Assembly: GCA_038217285.1 (NCBI GenBank)
Contig: JBBQPO010000130.1
Coordinates: 1-16,669, forward strand
Length of the DNA stretch: 16,669 nucleotides
Direction: 5' to 3'
DNA from: Chthonomonadales bacterium
GTDB taxonomy: Bacteria > Armatimonadota > Chthonomonadetes > Chthonomonadales > Chthonomonadaceae
Made by a program: the position numbers and the translations under genes
Notes under the pieces: generated by a model
Databases searched by the model: none
Seen by the model: only the letters and a program-made list of their open reading frames with translations
Told to the model about the DNA's origin: nothing
In this document: positions 6,096-14,124 of the stretch, one piece after another
How the letters are laid out: every line of letters begins with the position of its first letter
Numbering within the stretch: the first letter of the stretch is position 1

Positions 6096-9000
6096 ATGTC
6101 AACATCAGGTTACTTTCGTTATCCCGCTCTGCACGGAGAGACCGTCGTCTTCGTTTCCGAAGACGATCTCTGGACCGTGCCTGCGTCCGGAGGCGTTGCG
6201 CGACGACTGACCGCCAACCTTGGCACGATCACCTCTCCGTTTCTCTCCCCGGATGGCAAGACCATCGCGTTTACAGGACGCGAAGAGGGGAACAACGAGG
6301 TCTATGTGATCCCGGTGGAAGGCGGCCCTGTTCGTCGTGTGACCTATCTGGGTACCTCCAGCAGTGTGGTCGGCTGGATGCCGGACGGCGAGAAGATCCT
6401 TTTTGCCAGCGATTTCGAGCAGCCGTTTGATCGCCAGCACGACATCTATACGGTTCCCATCACGGGCGGAATGCCGGAGCCGTTGCGCGTCGGCCATGCG
6501 CTGAGCATCTCCGTTCGAGCGGGCAACAAAATCGTACTCGGAAGAAACAACAACGACCCGGCGCGGTGGAAACGTTATCGCGGCGGCACCGCCGGAGACC
6601 TCTGGATCGACGCCGAAGGCCACGGTGAGTTCCGACGCCTGCTCACCCTCAAGGGCAATCTGGCGCGCCCGATGTGGGTCGGGGAGCGAGTCTTCTTTCT
6701 CTCCGACCACGACGGCGTCGCGAATCTCTACTCCTGCACGACCGATGGCCAGGACGTTACGCAGCATACCCACTGCACCGACTATTTCGCGCGCTTTCCC
6801 GCGACCGACGGCAGTCGAATCGTCTACCATGCCGGTGGCGATCTCTACCTTTACGATCCGAAAGCCAACACCGACACAAAGATAGACGTCGCCTACCATA
6901 GCCCGCAGGTCGCCCGACAGCGCAAGTTTGTAGACGCGGCGAAGTACATGGACGGTTACGACCTCGCCCCGCAAGGGCAGGCGCTGGCTATAACGACGCG
7001 CGGCAAGAGTTTCACGCTGGGCAACTGGGAGGGCGCGGTTCTGCAGCAGGGCGGCGACAGTCCCTCAAACCCGGTGCGGTATCGTCTGACGAGCTGGCTC
7101 AACGACGGCAAGCGTGTCATTACCGTGAACGATTCGGATGGCGCCGACACGCTGGAGATTCACTCGACAGCCGATAAGACCGCGCCAAAGCGCCTGGAGG
7201 GGCTCGATCTTGGGCGTCCGATGTCGCTGCTTGTCTCGCCGACCGCCGATCATATCGTGCTCACCAATCATCGCAACGAGCTGCTCTGTGTCGATCTGGT
7301 GGAGGGGACTCTGCAGCAGATTGATCGCAGCGACTTCGCGCGGATTCAGGGTGTCAACTGGTCCCCCGACGGTCGATGGGTCGCGTACGGGTTTGCGGAA
7401 ACCATGTATACGAGCGCCATCAAACTCTGGGAGCGGGCGACCGGAACCAAACAGGCCATTACGGAGCCTATTCTCGGGGACTCGGACCCGGCGTTCGATC
7501 CCGAAGGCAAATATCTCTATTTCCTCGGTCAACGCGAACTGAATCCTGTCTACGACGGCCTGCATTTCGACCTCGGGTTCCCAAAAGGCACACGGCCTTA
7601 CCTCATCACCCTGAAAGCCGATACGCCTTCCCCTTTTATCCCCCAACCGCGTCCGCTGCAGGAAGGGCCGAAGCCCAAAGGGGAGAGCGAAGAGGTGACG
7701 CCGGAGGAGGAGGCGACCGGAGAGGTCCCGGCGAAACCGGCCGAGGCCCTGCCGAATGCGGTCGAGATCGACCTGGAGGGCATCCGGAATAGGATCGTGG
7801 CGTTTCCCGTTCCTGAAGGGCGCTACGGGCAGATCGCGGGCATCAAGGGCAAAGTGCTGTTTACCTCTTATCCGGTCGAGGGCGCGAATAGCCAGGGTGG
7901 CGAACCCGGTCCGAAGGGCGTCCTCGAAGTCTACGACCTGAAAGAGCTGAAGCATGAGCCTCTGATACAGAAGGTCAGCGAATTTACACTCTCGCGGGAC
8001 GGCAAAACGCTGGCCTATCGCTCGGCGCGGAAGCTGCGGGTCGTAGTGGCGGGCGTCAAGCCGGACGACAAGGCCGGACAGGAACCCGGCCGAAAGTCGG
8101 GCTGGATCGATCTCAACCGGATCAAGGTGTCGCTGGAACCCGGCGTCGAATGGCAGCAGATGGCGCACGAGGCGTGGAGGCTGCAGCGCGACTATTTCTG
8201 GACGGCGGATATGTCGCAGATCGACTGGAACGCCGTCTGGGAGCGGTACGCGCCGCTTCTGGCGCGCGTGGGAACCCGCGGCGAGTTCTCCGACTTGATG
8301 TGGGAGATGCAGGGCGAACTCGGCACTTCACACGCCTACGAGATGGGCGGCGACTATCGAACCGAGCCCAGCTATCCGACCGGCTTCCTCGGCGCGAACC
8401 TGACGTTCGATGCCGACGCAGGCGTCTACCGAATCGCCCACATCGTGCAGGGAGCGCCGGGTGAGGCTCGCGCCTCATCGCCGTTGCTTGCGCCTGGCGC
8501 TCAAATAAACGAAGGGGACGCGCTGCTAGCAGTCAACGGCAGAACCCTAACCCCGTCTGTGCTGCCGCAGGAGGCACTGGTCAATCTCGCGGGCAGCGAG
8601 GTGGTTCTGACGGTGCAGGGTCAGGACGGCAAGACCCGCGACGTGACGGTCGTGACGCTGAAATCCGAATTTCCGGCCCGTTATCGCGAGTGGGTCGAAA
8701 CGAACCGCCGCTATGTCCACGAGAAGACCGGTGGGAAGGTCGGCTATGTGCATATTCCCGACATGGGAGCCAATGGCTATGCGGAGTTCCATCGTCTCTA
8801 TCTGGCGGAAGCGGACCGCGACGGCCTGATCGTCGATGTGCGGTACAATCGCGGCGGCCATGTTTCGCAACTGTTGCTGGAGAAGCTGGGGCGGCGGCGT
8901 GTCGGTTACGACATTCAGCGCTGGGGGCAGCCGCAGCCCTATCCGGATCACTCCATTGCCGGACCCATCGTCGCGCTGACCAACCAGTTCGCAGGCTCCG

Positions 9001-9356
9001 ATGGCGACATCTTCAGCCACGTCTTCAAGATCAAGAAGTTGGGTACGCTCATCGGCAAACGAACCTGGGGCGGAGTCATCGGTATCTCACCGCGAAACTC
9101 GCTGGCCGACGGTGCGATGACGACGCAGCCGGAGTACTCCTTCTGGTTCCAGGATGTCGGCTGGGGCGTCGAGAACTATGGCACCGATCCGGACATCGAC
9201 ATCGATATCGCGCCGCACGACTACGCGCGAAAGGTTGATCCGCAGATGGAAAAGGCGCTTGAGGTGATCTTGAGCCAACTGGAGGAGAACCCGGTCCCGC
9301 GTCCCGATTTCGCCAATCGACCGAACCTTGCCATTCCTGGCAGACCACAAGGATAG
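6096..9356 (+). CDS. tri: Tricorn protease (peptidase family S41B), cytoplasmic
   Basis: N-terminal GYFRYPALHGETVVFVSEDDLW and PD40-like beta-propeller repeats (SPDG, WKRYRGG). Catalytic ELGTSHAY (H746) and AGSDGDIF (S968), a PDZ segment, DVRYNRGG, GKRTWGGVIG, VENYGTDPD. CAGGAG SD; no signal peptide seen. Confidence 0.95.
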   Translation: MSTSGYFRYPALHGETVVFVSEDDLWTVPASGGVARRLTANLGTITSPFLSPDGKTIAFTGREEGNNEVYVIPVEGGPVRRVTYLGTSSSVVGWMPDGEKILFASDFEQPFDRQHDIYTVPITGGMPEPLRVGHALSISVRAGNKIVLGRNNNDPARWKRYRGGTAGDLWIDAEGHGEFRRLLTLKGNLARPMWVGERVFFLSDHDGVANLYSCTTDGQDVTQHTHCTDYFARFPATDGSRIVYHAGGDLYLYDPKANTDTKIDVAYHSPQVARQRKFVDAAKYMDGYDLAPQGQALAITTRGKSFTLGNWEGAVLQQGGDSPSNPVRYRLTSWLNDGKRVITVNDSDGADTLEIHSTADKTAPKRLEGLDLGRPMSLLVSPTADHIVLTNHRNELLCVDLVEGTLQQIDRSDFARIQGVNWSPDGRWVAYGFAETMYTSAIKLWERATGTKQAITEPILGDSDPAFDPEGKYLYFLGQRELNPVYDGLHFDLGFPKGTRPYLITLKADTPSPFIPQPRPLQEGPKPKGESEEVTPEEEATGEVPAKPAEALPNAVEIDLEGIRNRIVAFPVPEGRYGQIAGIKGKVLFTSYPVEGANSQGGEPGPKGVLEVYDLKELKHEPLIQKVSEFTLSRDGKTLAYRSARKLRVVVAGVKPDDKAGQEPGRKSGWIDLNRIKVSLEPGVEWQQMAHEAWRLQRDYFWTADMSQIDWNAVWERYAPLLARVGTRGEFSDLMWEMQGELGTSHAYEMGGDYRTEPSYPTGFLGANLTFDADAGVYRIAHIVQGAPGEARASSPLLAPGAQINEGDALLAVNGRTLTPSVLPQEALVNLAGSEVVLTVQGQDGKTRDVTVVTLKSEFPARYREWVETNRRYVHEKTGGKVGYVHIPDMGANGYAEFHRLYLAEADRDGLIVDVRYNRGGHVSQLLLEKLGRRRVGYDIQRWGQPQPYPDHSIAGPIVALTNQFAGSDGDIFSHVFKIKKLGTLIGKRTWGGVIGISPRNSLADGAMTTQPEYSFWFQDVGWGVENYGTDPDIDIDIAPHDYARKVDPQMEKALEVILSQLEENPVPRPDFANRPNLAIPGRPQG

Positions 9357-9378
9357 AAGCGAGAGTGTGAGGCCCCGC

Positions 9379-9482
9379 CGTGACAGCCTGCTTCGTAACC
9401 CGGAGCAGGATGTGGTCCCGACGCGCAGGTACGGCAGTCCGACCTCAATCATTTGCCGACGCGCAGCGCGTCTTTCGTCACG
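9379..9482 (+). other. Potentially structured intergenic leader upstream of the PLP enzyme
   Basis: CGTGAC(9379-84)/GTCACG(9477-82) could close a multi-stem structure containing hairpin CCTGCTTCG-TAACC-CGGAGCAGG (9387-9409), stem CGGCA/TGCCG and hairpin GACGCG-CAG-CGCGTC (9458-9472). There is an 11-bp direct repeat CCGACGCGCAG at 9418 and 9456. Confidence 0.3.
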
Positions 9483-9497
9483 AGAAGGAGAGGGGAG

Positions 9498-10742
9498 TTG
9501 CACGAATTCGATGTCAGTTGGGCGCGGTCCCAATTTCCGGCTTTGGAGTTACACGAAGACGGCCAACCGCTTGTCTTCTTCGACAATCCCGGCGGCACAC
9601 AGGTCACCAGCGGGGTCATTGCAGCGGTATCGGACTACTACCGGCATAGCAACGCCAACATAGGCGGAGCCTTCGCGACCAGTCGTCGCACGGATGCCAT
9701 CCTGCACACAGCCCGGAGTGCGATGGCCGCCATGCTGAACGCCGAAGAAGAGGAGTTGGTTTTCGGCGCGAACATGACCACACTGACGTTCCATCTGGCC
9801 CGGTCCATCGGCGAGACGCTCCGCCCCGGCGACGAAATCGTCCTGACCAATCTGGATCACGACGCGAACATTGCGCCCTGGGCCGATCTGGCAGCCCAGG
9901 GTGCCGTCCTCAAATTCGTCGATTTCAACCCTGCGGACTGTACCCTGGACCCGGCTCGGTTTCAGGCCGCGCTCTCGGACAGAACCCGCCTCGTCGCCAT
10001 CACCCACGCCTCCAATGCTGTCGGAACCGTGCCTGATGTCGCCACGCTCGTTCGGATGGCGCACGAAGTCGGCGCCTGGGTGTTCGTGGACGCCGTGCAG
10101 TATGCGCCGCACGGCACAATAGACGTGCGCGCCCTCGATTGCGACTTCCTCGCCTGCTCCGCCTATAAGTTTTTTGGGCCGCACACCGGGATACTCTACG
10201 GCAAGGCCGCGCATCTTCGCTCCCTCTCTCCACACAAAGTCCGCCCGGCCAAAGACACACTGCCCTATCGCTGGGAGACCGGCACACAGAACCACGAAGG
10301 CATGGCCGGCATTGCGGCAGCCGTAGCTCACCTACAGGAAGTCGGACAACGGTCCGGTCATGCTGCTGTCGATTCCCCGCGCTCCGCGATCGTTGCTGGA
10401 ATGAATGCCATCCGTTCCTATGAAAAAGGTCTGTCTGTTCACCTCCTGCAAGGATTGGCACAGATTCCCGATCTTCAAATCTATGGGCTGACCGACCCGA
10501 ACAGGCTCGACGAGCGTGTCCCGACATTCGCCTTCACCTGGCCGCGTCTTTCACCACGCTCCACAGCGGAATATCTGGGGGCGCATGGCATCTGTTGCTG
10601 GAGCGGCAACTACTACGCACTGCGGTTAATGGAGCGTCTGGGGCTGGAAGTAGAGGGTGGGGCCATTCGTATCGGGCTGGCGCACTACAATACGCACGAG
10701 GAGATTGATCGCCTTCTCAACCTCTTGAGCGACTGCAAGTGA
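9498..10742 (+). CDS. Cysteine desulfurase-like PLP aminotransferase class V (VC1184-type subfamily), 414 aa
   Basis: FDVSWARSQFPAL, FFDNPGGTQV, FGANMTTL, LDHDANIAPW, HASNAVG, FVDAVQYAPH, CSAYKFFGPH (PLP lysine), WETGTQNHE, GNYYA, RIGLAHYNT. Start placed at TTG 9498 after the strong SD AAGGAGAGGGGAG. Confidence 0.9.
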   Translation: MHEFDVSWARSQFPALELHEDGQPLVFFDNPGGTQVTSGVIAAVSDYYRHSNANIGGAFATSRRTDAILHTARSAMAAMLNAEEEELVFGANMTTLTFHLARSIGETLRPGDEIVLTNLDHDANIAPWADLAAQGAVLKFVDFNPADCTLDPARFQAALSDRTRLVAITHASNAVGTVPDVATLVRMAHEVGAWVFVDAVQYAPHGTIDVRALDCDFLACSAYKFFGPHTGILYGKAAHLRSLSPHKVRPAKDTLPYRWETGTQNHEGMAGIAAAVAHLQEVGQRSGHAAVDSPRSAIVAGMNAIRSYEKGLSVHLLQGLAQIPDLQIYGLTDPNRLDERVPTFAFTWPRLSPRSTAEYLGAHGICCWSGNYYALRLMERLGLEVEGGAIRIGLAHYNTHEEIDRLLNLLSDCK

Positions 10743-10752
10743 GTTGAAGCGG

Positions 10753-10863
10753 AACCTTCCCACCGCGTCGGGATTTATCTTGTTGCTTAAGGTTGCCGCC
10801 CCTAAAGGAGCGGCCTGTTGGGGAAGGTTAAGGCCCATAAATGGGCCTGAGAGGGTCTCAGGC
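10753..10863. repeat. Cluster of short palindromes between convergent genes (REP-like and/or bidirectional terminator)
   Basis: AACCTTCCC(10753-61)/GGGAAGGTT(10821-29); CGGGATTTATCTTG (10769-82); GCCGCCCCTAAAGGAGCGGC (10795-814); AGGCCCATAAATGGGCCT (10831-48); GCCTGAGAGGGTCTCAGGC (10845-63). Confidence 0.55.
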
Positions 10864-12615
10864 AGAACCGCCGTTCAAGCTGGTTTTCTGCCGAAATACT
10901 TCGTAGAGCATCAGTCCTGTTGCCACGCCTACATTCAGTGAATCCTGACCTGTGGCCATCGGTATCTGTATCCGCGCGCTACAGACGTCCAGCACCGGCT
11001 GGCTGATACCCGTCTGTTCGTTACCAACCACCACGACAATGGGAGGCTGCATCTTACTTTGATAGAGTGTATGTTCGGCGCCGAGGGCCGCGCCGACGAC
11101 TGCACACCCGCTGTTTTGCAGGCTCCACAGAAACTGTGCGAGAGACTGGCAGGAGAGAAGCGGTAAACGTCCGACAGCTCCACGCGCCGCCCGTACACAG
11201 TTTTTGTGAAAAGGATCCGTGCCCTGCCCGGCGACAATGACGCCTTCCGCGTCGGCGGCGTCCGCCGTCCGTAATATCATCCCCAGGTTATCCGGGTTAT
11301 GGATGTTTTCGGCTGCCAGGAGCGTGGTGGTCTTGCCCGGCGTGAAACGTTCTGCCGCGCGCAGCTGCGCGAAGACGGCCGCTAATACCGGCGGAACAGG
11401 ACGACTTGTCGTCACCTTCGCCAACAAGCCTTCCGTGACAAGATAGTGGGATACGCCCGCCTGACGTGCGGCGTGGAGCAGCATGATCCCGCTCGGCAGG
11501 CTTAAAAGGCTCGACGTATAGAGCAGGTTATCGACGGGCATACCATCGTCGATGGCGCGCTGAACCAACGTGATGCCCTCGGCGACAAACTGGGACCGCT
11601 CTCTTCGGCCCGCAGTGTGAGCGAGGTCGGAAAACTGAACGAGGATCGGATCCTTGCTCGTACTGATTCGTCCGCCTTCGCCGAGACGTTCCGGTTTCGC
11701 GCTTTTCGCGGCTTGTGGCTTCTGACCTGCCACAGTATAAAACTCCCTGACAGGCGTCTCGGTAACTTTACCGCTTCCGCGCTTGATACCCAGGTATGAG
11801 GGCACACGATAGAACGCCTGATAACCTGTTCGCTGGAAAGCCCGTATAGACTCTTCATTGCAGGATAGATTGGCAGTGCACGTGGCGACCTTACCCTGAT
11901 CGACGACTTCGCTCGTGGCCGACGTGATCACGCTTTCTGCATAGGGACGGGCATAGGTGTTTACGGCCTGCAACCCGTGGACTTCGTTCCGCCAGGGCGT
12001 CACTGGCCAGTGAAAGCAGATAGCGCGCAGTTCCTCCGTCTCCTGACAGGCATGAACGCCGTATCCGCCCGCCTGTAGTTCCTGCCATACACTCTCGCTC
12101 CACTGCGACTGCACAAGGTGATAGTCCGGTGCGCCCAGCCTCCTCGCCGGAAAGTCACGACAGGGCACGAGGGTTTCTCCTGTCGCGTAGTATCCTTCCC
12201 GAGACGGCATGCTGCGCCCGTCCAGGATCTCGTTCAGCGCAGGCGTCATCCACGATCCACCCAGGTAAAAGAACCCGACCTTGCCCGGCGGAAAGGCCAG
12301 CAGAAGATCCCGCAAGGCCCGTTCGTTTGTAGCGGCCAGTCCAACGCGGATGTCTGCGTCGAACTCCGTTTCCGGCGTGAGCAGCATGACTCCCTCTAAC
12401 TGCGTCCATCCTGTCGCGAAGACCTGGAATTTCGCCGCCGCTCCCTCGGCAGCCTCGCGAGGAAGGCCAAGATCCAGATAAGGTATCGTGCCGAGAAGGT
12501 TCTGGTCATCGCGCAGGAGATCAGGAATGGCAGGCGTCGGAATAAAGCAGTCCTTTAACTTTGACCGGTTGATAAAGTCAAGAACAGCGGCATAGTCGGT
12601 GGTAGTCGTCGCCAT
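10858..12615 (-). CDS. TrmH/SpoU (SPOUT) RNA 2'-O-methyltransferase with a ~300-aa N-terminal GNAT-like extension
   Basis: C-terminal half from ~aa 317: ISTSKDP...FVAEG (L30e-like substrate-binding domain), ENIHNPDNLGMILRTADA, VVGNEQTGIS, IPMATGQDSLNVGVATGLMLYE (SPOUT motifs 1-3). The N-terminal half has a GNAT-like ending NEESIRAFQRTGY. AGGAGA SD. Confidence 0.85.
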   Translation of the reverse strand: MATTTTDYAAVLDFINRSKLKDCFIPTPAIPDLLRDDQNLLGTIPYLDLGLPREAAEGAAAKFQVFATGWTQLEGVMLLTPETEFDADIRVGLAATNERALRDLLLAFPPGKVGFFYLGGSWMTPALNEILDGRSMPSREGYYATGETLVPCRDFPARRLGAPDYHLVQSQWSESVWQELQAGGYGVHACQETEELRAICFHWPVTPWRNEVHGLQAVNTYARPYAESVITSATSEVVDQGKVATCTANLSCNEESIRAFQRTGYQAFYRVPSYLGIKRGSGKVTETPVREFYTVAGQKPQAAKSAKPERLGEGGRISTSKDPILVQFSDLAHTAGRRERSQFVAEGITLVQRAIDDGMPVDNLLYTSSLLSLPSGIMLLHAARQAGVSHYLVTEGLLAKVTTSRPVPPVLAAVFAQLRAAERFTPGKTTTLLAAENIHNPDNLGMILRTADAADAEGVIVAGQGTDPFHKNCVRAARGAVGRLPLLSCQSLAQFLWSLQNSGCAVVGAALGAEHTLYQSKMQPPIVVVVGNEQTGISQPVLDVCSARIQIPMATGQDSLNVGVATGLMLYEVFRQKTSLNGGSA

Positions 12616-12649
12616 GTCCGTGGTTTTCTCCTGCGCCTGTCATTGTCGA

Positions 12650-14050
12650 TTAGATTCGCGAACGGACATAGGTGTGGAGTTCGGCGATGGGAATACGGTG
12701 CTGCTGCATGGTGTCCCGGTCGCGAATGGTGACGGTGTCCTTCATATCGGTGTCGTCGCCGCGGCCAAGCGTGTCGAAATCGACGGTGACGCAGAAGGGC
12801 GTGCCGATCTCGTCCTGGCGGCGGTAGAGTTTGCCGATACCGGCGGAATCGTCATAGACGGCCCGCATATCGCCGCTGGCCTGGAGATCGCTCTTGATCT
12901 TCTTCGCGATCGTCACGATCCCATCCTCATTCTTCTTCAGGGGCAGGATCGCGACCTTGATGGGCGCGAGCGCAGGCTTCAGGCGAAGCACGGTACGCAC
13001 CTCCCCGTTTTCCAGTGTCTCCTCGTCGTAGGCTTCGCAGAGGGCGGCCAGCACGCCGCGGTCCACGCCCGCCGAGGGCTCGATGACATAGGGAACGATA
13101 TGCCGGTTGTTCGGCTGATCGAAGTAGGTCAGCTTCTCCGTGCTGTGTTCGTTCTGCATCACCTTCGCTGTCAATCCCAGTTTCGCCTGATCCCTGGAAT
13201 GGGAGCCGAGGTCGTAATCGGTGCGGTTGGCGATGCCTTCCAACTCCTCCCAGCCGATGGGAAACTTGTACATGACATCGACGGTGCGTTTGGAATAGTG
13301 GGCGAGTTCCGCCTTCGGCACCTCATACAAGTTCAGGTTTTCGCGCTTAAGTCCGACTTCATTGACCCAGAAATCGACATGATCCTTGATCCACTCTTCA
13401 TGGACCGCCTCGTCTTCTCCAGGACGCACGAAATACTCGATCTCCATCTGTTCGAACTCGCGAACGCGGAAAATGAAGTTGCGCGGCGTGATCTCGTTGC
13501 GGAACGACTTGCCAACCTGCGCGATACCGAAGGGCAGTTTGCGATTCGTCGAGTCCACGACGTTCTTGAAGTTGACGAAGATACCCTGCGCTGTCTCCGG
13601 ACGGAGGTACGCGAAGGAGTCCGGATCGGCGACAGGGCCGACCGCCGTCTTGAACATCATATTGAAGGCGCGGGGCTCGGTCAGCTCGCCCTCGCATTCG
13701 CCAGGGTGCAGCTTCGGATGTTTCAGGCAGGTGCCGTCCTGCAGTTTGTCTGCGCGGAAGCGGGCTTTGCAGGTCTTGCAGTCTACCAACGGATCGACGA
13801 ACGTGTCTTCATGCCCGGAGTATTTCCAGACCCAGCGGTTCATCAGGATCGAACAGTCGATGCCTTCCATGTCGTCGCGTTCGTAGACGTTATGCTTCCA
13901 CCACAGCTTTTTCAGGTTGTTCTTAAGCTCCACCCCCAGCGGCCCGTAGTCGAACGTTCCCTGCAGGCCCCCGTAGATTTCGCTGCCGCCAAAGATAAAG
14001 CCCCGCCGCTTGCAAAGCGAGACCAGTTGTTCCATGTTCTGTGCTGCCAT
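12650..14050 (-). CDS. glyQS: Glycine--tRNA ligase, homodimeric alpha2 type
   Basis: [120 protein letters not shown]. Confidence 0.98.
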   Translation of the reverse strand: MAAQNMEQLVSLCKRRGFIFGGSEIYGGLQGTFDYGPLGVELKNNLKKLWWKHNVYERDDMEGIDCSILMNRWVWKYSGHEDTFVDPLVDCKTCKARFRADKLQDGTCLKHPKLHPGECEGELTEPRAFNMMFKTAVGPVADPDSFAYLRPETAQGIFVNFKNVVDSTNRKLPFGIAQVGKSFRNEITPRNFIFRVREFEQMEIEYFVRPGEDEAVHEEWIKDHVDFWVNEVGLKRENLNLYEVPKAELAHYSKRTVDVMYKFPIGWEELEGIANRTDYDLGSHSRDQAKLGLTAKVMQNEHSTEKLTYFDQPNNRHIVPYVIEPSAGVDRGVLAALCEAYDEETLENGEVRTVLRLKPALAPIKVAILPLKKNEDGIVTIAKKIKSDLQASGDMRAVYDDSAGIGKLYRRQDEIGTPFCVTVDFDTLGRGDDTDMKDTVTIRDRDTMQQHRIPIAELHTYVRSRI

Positions 14051-14124
14051 AGCCGGTGAAGATTCCTTTTCCCGATAAATATTCTGAACTCACACTCTTC
14101 GCGATAGCCCCGGCAGAATCCTTG

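Noticed and set aside
9453-9497. ORF-track start of the PLP enzyme at 9453
   Set aside because: A strong SD precedes TTG 9498, and family similarity begins at FDVSWARSQFPAL.
12599-14059. 486-aa + strand ORF
   Set aside because: Antisense shadow of glyQS, expected from high-GC codon bias; no protein motifs.
14051-14124. T-box riboswitch upstream of glyQS
   Set aside because: The 74-bp gap is too short, and no T-box consensus (AAnnnGGGTGGnACC) or terminator is seen.
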